Shown in pieces: positions 23,787 to 26,273 of a DNA stretch of 26,273 bases. The notes below the pieces were generated by a model, which had not been told where the DNA came from, ran no database searches, and worked only from the letters and a program-made list of their open reading frames with translations. The position numbers and the translations under genes are program-made. Origin of the DNA: Candidatus Binatia bacterium (GTDB lineage: Bacteria; Desulfobacterota; Binatia; Bin18); assembly GCA_963664395.2 (NCBI GenBank), contig CAXXIS010000001.1, positions 1 through 26,273 on the forward strand, read 5' to 3'. The number at the start of each line of letters is the position of its first letter. Within the stretch, counting starts at the first letter, position 1.

Positions 23787-24547
23787 AGCCTTTTGTTCTG
23801 TATGGCTGACAGTTGTTGCAGTATGGTGCCCGTCTGAGCATCAATCATCATCTCCCACCCTTCGGCCAAACTCAGAAGAGCCAGAACGCGATAGGCCAGA
23901 CGTGGAGCTTTGCCTTCCGCCGCAAAGATCACGAGTGCAGCCTGACATTTGAGACATCCGGCGAGGGGTTTTCCCAGATGATTCGCGGCCCGTTGCAGGG
24001 CAGCCTGGTTTGTCAGGCTTGGGTCGATAGACAGATTGTGCGGAGTTGGAATATAGCGCCCCTGGATGAGGTAGACCTGCCTGTCGGCGTTGAGGTGGAC
24101 AAGCAGCTCGGCGGCCCAGACCGGAACGTCGTGAAAGGTCTGCTGGAGGCGGACATGGGTCAGCCCCAGATTGTCGGTCTTGACTGATTGCAGCTGTAGT
24201 TCGTCGGCTGGCTGAGTGAGCCGGAAATCAGCCCGGTAGGCGTGAATGAACGCGCGGGCAAGGTCTCCAAATTGATTGTTTGCTTGCAGTTGGGCGAAAT
24301 CTGGGTCGTGCTCCAGATGCTCGGAAAGATTAGGGGCTTTCAAAAAGGTGATCGTTCCCAGCCGCGGGTCACGCCGGATTTCCGTCCGCGCCGGAAAGGT
24401 GTTCACTGCTGCTGATAGCCGAGGGCTGCTTGGCTGCACTGGCATTGTGAGTGGTCGTTTTGGCTGAGCCTGTACGGCGCTACAGGCAATAACCGAAAGC
24501 GAGAGCACGAGAAGGACAGGCCGTGCTCTGGAATGGCATAGGGCCAT
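23783..24547 (-). CDS. Standalone M4 propeptide-like protein (signal + FTP + PepSY, no catalytic domain)
   Basis: TDNLGLTHVRLQQTFHDVPVW (FTP) and PRLAYRV..MIDAQTGTIL (PepSY), then stop; no HEXXH. Its stop overlaps the ATG of protease B (ATGA). Start ATG 24547 or TTG 24550. Confidence 0.88.
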   Translation of the reverse strand: MALCHSRARPVLLVLSLSVIACSAVQAQPKRPLTMPVQPSSPRLSAAVNTFPARTEIRRDPRLGTITFLKAPNLSEHLEHDPDFAQLQANNQFGDLARAFIHAYRADFRLTQPADELQLQSVKTDNLGLTHVRLQQTFHDVPVWAAELLVHLNADRQVYLIQGRYIPTPHNLSIDPSLTNQAALQRAANHLGKPLAGCLKCQAALVIFAAEGKAPRLAYRVLALLSLAEGWEMMIDAQTGTILQQLSAIQNKRL

Positions 24548-24564
24548 CAATTATTTGCACCCGA

Positions 24565-25026
24565 CTACTCAAAGCCGACAATGCGAACGTCTTCGAGTCG
24601 AAACTCGCCGTCACGCTGCGCGTACCAGCCGGTGAGTTCAAGCGGGGTGCCGGGCTGGGCCTGGGCAATTTTTGCGAGTGTGTCTCGCGGGCCGGTCACA
24701 TCAAGGTCGGCTTTTCGCTTGCCAGCCCGGTGCAGGAAAATTTGACGTGGAGTGAGTTGGGGTGAATTCGGTGCGCTGACATTCGTGACTTCGAGCTGGA
24801 AGTCGCCCCGATAGCCGGTGACGCCAAGCTGAATGACTGCCAAGGCATCCGGGGCCGGGTCGGTATTCAGAAAACCGGTAACCACGACCTTAAAAGGAAA
24901 ACGCCGGGTCTTGGCCGAGGGGCGATCCCCGCCCACGCCCGCCCCACCTTGTGCCAGGACAGACGCTGTGGGCAGCAGGCTCAGGCAACAGACGAGCAGC
25001 AGCGCTTTCAGAATAAGGTGAGACAT
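24565..25026 (-). CDS. Secreted hypothetical protein, 153 aa
   Basis: SD GAGGAGG; signal peptide ending VLA-Q; beta-rich mature part. Confidence 0.8.
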   Translation of the reverse strand: MSHLILKALLLVCCLSLLPTASVLAQGGAGVGGDRPSAKTRRFPFKVVVTGFLNTDPAPDALAVIQLGVTGYRGDFQLEVTNVSAPNSPQLTPRQIFLHRAGKRKADLDVTGPRDTLAKIAQAQPGTPLELTGWYAQRDGEFRLEDVRIVGFE

Positions 25027-25036
25027 GCAAACCTCC

Positions 25037-25528
25037 TCACGCGGTGCTTTTTTGAATGGACCGGGCTAACAAATCGAGGGCCGTGTGAGTGAACGCCCAC
25101 ATGTTCGCTTCCCGATCCGGGCTTCCGGTCTCTAATGTCAACGTTTCTTCAACTGGCCCTGTTACCGCAAAACAGGCATGTCCGGCAGCGTCACCATAGC
25201 TGTTACCGGTTGGTCCGGTGGCTCCTGTTTCACTCAGTCCCCAGGTCGTCTCAAAACGCTCCCGCACCTGACGAGCAAGACGCAGCGCATACTCCTCAGT
25301 ACTCGCTCGCACGCCCTCAAGCGCTTCGTCAGGCATCGCCAGAAGTGACCGCCGCGCCTCATGGGTATAGATCACCCCGCCGCCCAGGAAATACGCCGAC
25401 GCTCCGGGCACTGTCAAGAGTGCCGCCGAAATCAAACCTCCGGCTGAGGATTCGGCCACCGCAATCGTGTGTGTATGTGTCTTGAGAAGCTCGCCAACCG
25501 TACGGCCTAATGTCGTTAAATTTTTCAT
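25037..25528 (-). CDS. CinA C-terminal domain / PncC-like protein
   Basis: IAVAESSAGGLI, VPGASAYFLGG..Y, GLSETGATGP.G. Confidence 0.9.
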   Translation of the reverse strand: MKNLTTLGRTVGELLKTHTHTIAVAESSAGGLISAALLTVPGASAYFLGGGVIYTHEARRSLLAMPDEALEGVRASTEEYALRLARQVRERFETTWGLSETGATGPTGNSYGDAAGHACFAVTGPVEETLTLETGSPDREANMWAFTHTALDLLARSIQKSTA

Positions 25529-25585
25529 AGCGCCCTTTTACTGTGAGTAGAGAGGAATAAAAAGCCCAGGAGGGCAAAGGTATAT

Positions 25586-26273
25586 TCAGGCAGTGGGCGT
25601 TGTCTTTCTTGCGCTTTTCTTTGCCGCTCGGTCCAACCACGTCAACGCCGCGTCAATAAACGGCGGCAGGCTTTTGTACAGCCGTACTGGCAACGGAAGG
25701 GCGCGCAGGGCGGCGGCAAGCTGGGCGGCGCGGTCTGGCTGGGTGGCAATGTGAGCGAGGGGTGTGACGTAGACGCGGATGGTGAACAGGATGTCTTTTG
25801 TTTGCGGCAGACGGCGGAGGGTCTGGCGTTCCATTCGCAGCCAGAGGGTGTCCCCGGCATTCTCTGGCGTGATGGCAGCGTTGACCCCTTTTCGACCATG
25901 CCCGGTCGGCTGAAAAAGGGTCGGGTCGTCCATGAGGCTCCAATTGAGCCGCCAGACTGGCTTATCGACTTTCAGCCGCTCAAAAAACTTGTCCATAGTT
26001 GGGGCGAGCTGGTCTGCATAGCCGGGAATCGGGGCGTGAATCGTATTGAGTGGCTTGCCAATTTTGTCCGTCAAGCGCCAGCGTGTCGGAAAGCATAAAG
26101 ACGCGCCGACCAGGTGGTAGACCTGGGTGTGCGCCTGCCACTGCATGAGACACATATCCTCTTGGACAAGCCGGCCGGCCAGGTCGAGTGGATGCAGGCT
26201 CGTGGTGTGAATCTCCCACTGCTGGCCTGTGGCAAGATTCTCGATCCGGTCTCCACTTCTTCCACTTCTTTTG
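25586..26273 (-). CDS. DUF3445 family protein (heme-dependent oxidative N-demethylase alpha-subunit-like), 5'-partial
   Basis: The frame stays open past 26155 to the window edge (..HPLDLAGRLVQEDMCL). Motifs CFPTRW, IHAPIPGY, WRLNWS, LRMERQTLRRLP, LFTIR, YK. Confidence 0.88.
   Translation of the reverse strand, partial: KRSGRSGDRIENLATGQQWEIHTTSLHPLDLAGRLVQEDMCLMQWQAHTQVYHLVGASLCFPTRWRLTDKIGKPLNTIHAPIPGYADQLAPTMDKFFERLKVDKPVWRLNWSLMDDPTLFQPTGHGRKGVNAAITPENAGDTLWLRMERQTLRRLPQTKDILFTIRVYVTPLAHIATQPDRAAQLAAALRALPLPVRLYKSLPPFIDAALTWLDRAAKKSARKTTPTA

Noticed and set aside
23783-24547. Frameshifted or pseudogenised third protease
   Set aside because: The sequence after its stop is the signal peptide of protease B, not a catalytic-domain remnant. 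The ORF ends at a domain boundary with an ATGA overlap. Not fully excluded without homologs.

Overview
A GC-rich bacterial chromosomal window, gene-dense, with no rRNA, tRNA, CRISPR array or transposase visible. Left (1-3.2 kb): a hypothetical gene divergent from a cysteine hydrolase and Zn-dependent dehydrogenase pair, then a convergent limonene-epoxide-hydrolase-like gene. Middle (3.3-10.9 kb, + strand): mutS2, a DUF309 protein, a degenerate LeuD-like swivel domain, a Hel308/Ski2-like helicase, a 494-aa unknown protein and an unannotated 36-aa single-TM ORF. Next come an HDAC-family deacetylase, a DUF2939-like protein, a DUF1932-type NAD(P) oxidoreductase, a ferritin-like diiron protein, a GTAG-type REP palindrome and a GST-like protein. 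Right (15.4-26.3 kb, - strand): a partial DUF3445 gene, a CinA/PncC-like gene, a secreted hypothetical, and the most striking element, a secreted protease cluster. The cluster has a standalone FTP+PepSY propeptide-only gene coupled to two tandem thermolysin-family (M4) proteases. Each protease carries a beta-propeller and twin ~132-aa C-terminal domains I cannot assign; one copy is split by a clean 177-aa insertion. Short tandem micro-duplications recur throughout the window. All family calls come from motif recognition by eye; no searches were run.
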